Source: Azolla caroliniana (taxonomy: Eukaryota; Plantae; Polypodiophyta). From it: DNA of 64,000 nt. Below, one piece after another: positions 62,101-64,000 of the stretch. The stretch is from NCBI GenBank assembly GCA_043228905.1, contig JBHGNT010000012.1, forward strand, positions 7,440,001 through 7,504,000, written 5' to 3'. How positions within the stretch are numbered: the first letter of the stretch is position 1; every line of letters starts with the position of its first letter. The notes beneath the pieces are model-generated. The model was not told where the DNA came from and ran no database searches. It saw only the letters and a list, made by a program, of their open reading frames with translations. A program made the translations under genes and the position numbers.

Positions 62101-64000
62101 TCCACCACTTGTCGTCTCTTCATCCGACTGGTCCAACCGACTCAGTCGCTCGTTCGGTCCACTCAACCGAAACGATTCCGGACTCTCATCTTAAGTCCCG
62201 GCTTCTTCATCCTCTGCCAGGGCTGATTCAGGCTCACTGGCCTGACCTTCCGACATTGGGTCGGGATCGGAAGTCGGATTCGGTACGGAGTACCAGGATG
62301 CCGATTCATCGAACTCGACATCCCGGCTAACTCAGACTTCCTTCATCAGGGGGTTATAGCACTTATACCCCTTTTGCTCTTGAGCATAGCCGACTAGGAT
62401 GCATTTTTCCGATTTTGCATCCAGCTTTCTCCGCTTCTGATCCGGCACATGCACATACGCTATGCTGCCGAATATCCGAAGGTGTCTTAAGTTCGGCTTG
62501 CACCCGAAATACAGCTCATGAGCTGACACCTTGTCACCAATGCGGTTTTGTATGTAGACGGCCGTCCGGACCGCCTCCGCCCAGTAGAACCGGGGCATGC
62601 TCTTCTCCTCCAGCATCGCCCTTGCCGCTTCGACGAGTGTCCGGTTCTTCCTTTCGGCCACACCGTTTTGCTCCGGTGTGTATCTGCAGCTGAACTCTCG
62701 CCGAATTCCCTTCTGCTGCAGATAACTAGTGAATTGGCCGGAAAAATATTCCTTTCCGCCATCCGACCGAAGGCATTTGATCTTCCTCTCCGATTCCTGT
62801 TCCACCATCTTCTGGAGGCTCCGGAAACAGTCGAAGACTTCGCTCTTCCGCTCAATGAGGTAGATCCAAGTATGTCGAGTATAGTCGTCGATGAAGGAGA
62901 CGAAGTATCGGCTCCCGCCAAGGCTTACACTTTGTGCCGGTCCCCACACATCCGAATGGATGAGATCGAGCTTGTTACAGCTCCGGTTCCGTTCGGTGGG
63001 GAATGGAAGCCGGTGTTGCTTCCCAAGTTGGCAGGCTTCACAAATTTCGGCTCTCCGGCCGCTGAACTTCGGCAAACAGAAAACGACTTGTTTCGTTTGC
63101 AGATCTTGAAGCCTCCAGTAGTTGACGTGGCCTATCCGCTTGTGCCACAGGTCGATGTCTGACTCGACCTTCTGTCGTTTCGCGAACAGAGCGGTGCCAA
63201 AGTCATTGGTGTTGAGGATAAACATCCTCCCGTCTCTGCGCCCTTGCGAATTGACTTCGCCCTCATCCTCAATGAAGCACTCGAGGTGCGTAAACCGCAC
63301 CTGCATCCCCTAGTCGACAATCTGACCGACGGACACCAGGTTCTTCGTGATTGTCGGAACGTGTAATACGTTCATCAGCCTCCCTTTCTGTCCGACGTGG
63401 CTTAGAGGGACTTCTCCGACGTGCACGATTGGGTGAGGAGTGTCGTCTCCGGTTTCGACTACTCCTGGTTGATCCGATTTCTCCAGAAAGGAGAACCACT
63501 CTTTGTGGCTCGCTATGTGGTTCGACGCGCCGGAATCAACATACCACACTTCCTCCGTTTTGGAAGTGGTCTTCTTCATTGAGTTTGCCTTGTGATTCAT
63601 CACCAAGGATGGCCCCTTACCGGCCTTTCCGGTTCCAGATCCTCCTGATCCGTTTGCGTAGTGCGAGTTTTGCCGGCCATCCTTACCGGTCTTGCTAGAT
63701 CCGGATTTGTCCGAATCGGCACGCTTTCTCCAGCACTCGCTTTCCCTGTGGCCTTTTTTGCCACAGTACCAGCATTCCGTAGCGGATTTGTCTTGCCGGC
63801 CTCCGGCACCGCCTTGACTCCCCCAGCTTGTGGAAGTCCCGGAACTGCTGTCGGCACACTCATAGTGCCTTCGTTCCTGCTCTTGCCGACCGCCTCCATT
63901 GTGTGCCGACCCACCTCTTCCACCACGCCCACGGAGCCGATCCGTTCCCGTGTACAGCATTTGGTTGTCCGGGGATGCACTGGTATATACACCGGCGTGG
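59120..64000 (-). mobile_element. Ty1/Copia; 3' LTR 59120-59526, 5' end outside window
   Basis: PPT at 59527-59538; LTR similar to 30796-31255; inserted into the integrase tail of copy 3. Confidence 0.93.
59899..63960 (-). pseudogene. Copia gag-knuckle/PR/IN/RT/RNase H with premature stops
   Basis: CWYCGKKGHRESEC, WYVDSGASNH, LWHKRIGH, SDVWGP, QMDVKNAFL, LYVDDL, TKHIEVHYHF. Confidence 0.93.

Overview
Land-plant nuclear DNA, probably from a non-seed plant such as a fern or lycophyte (inferred from the retroelement types). The window is almost entirely nested LTR retrotransposons around one host gene, a BET/GTE bromodomain+ET gene on the minus strand (~21-24.8 kb). It holds three copies of a non-chromovirus (Athila/OTA-like) Ty3/Gypsy group, several Ty1/Copia elements and solo LTRs, and an intact young Tcn1-like self-priming chromovirus. 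It also holds a fungal-type Gypsy with a tRNA-Trp PBS and 4-bp TSD, a 7x171-bp hairpin satellite and a 91-bp fold-back LTR-end insertion. The most striking signal: two diverged Gypsy elements have no polypurine tract. Instead, each carries the same 17-nt tRNA-3'-end copy (GTCCCACGGGCGTGCCA, an 'anti-PBS') 2 nt before the 3' LTR, plus a conserved extra coiled-coil ORF after pol. This suggests a tRNA-primed or tRNA-mimic plus-strand priming mechanism. All coordinates were read by eye; no alignments or database searches were run.
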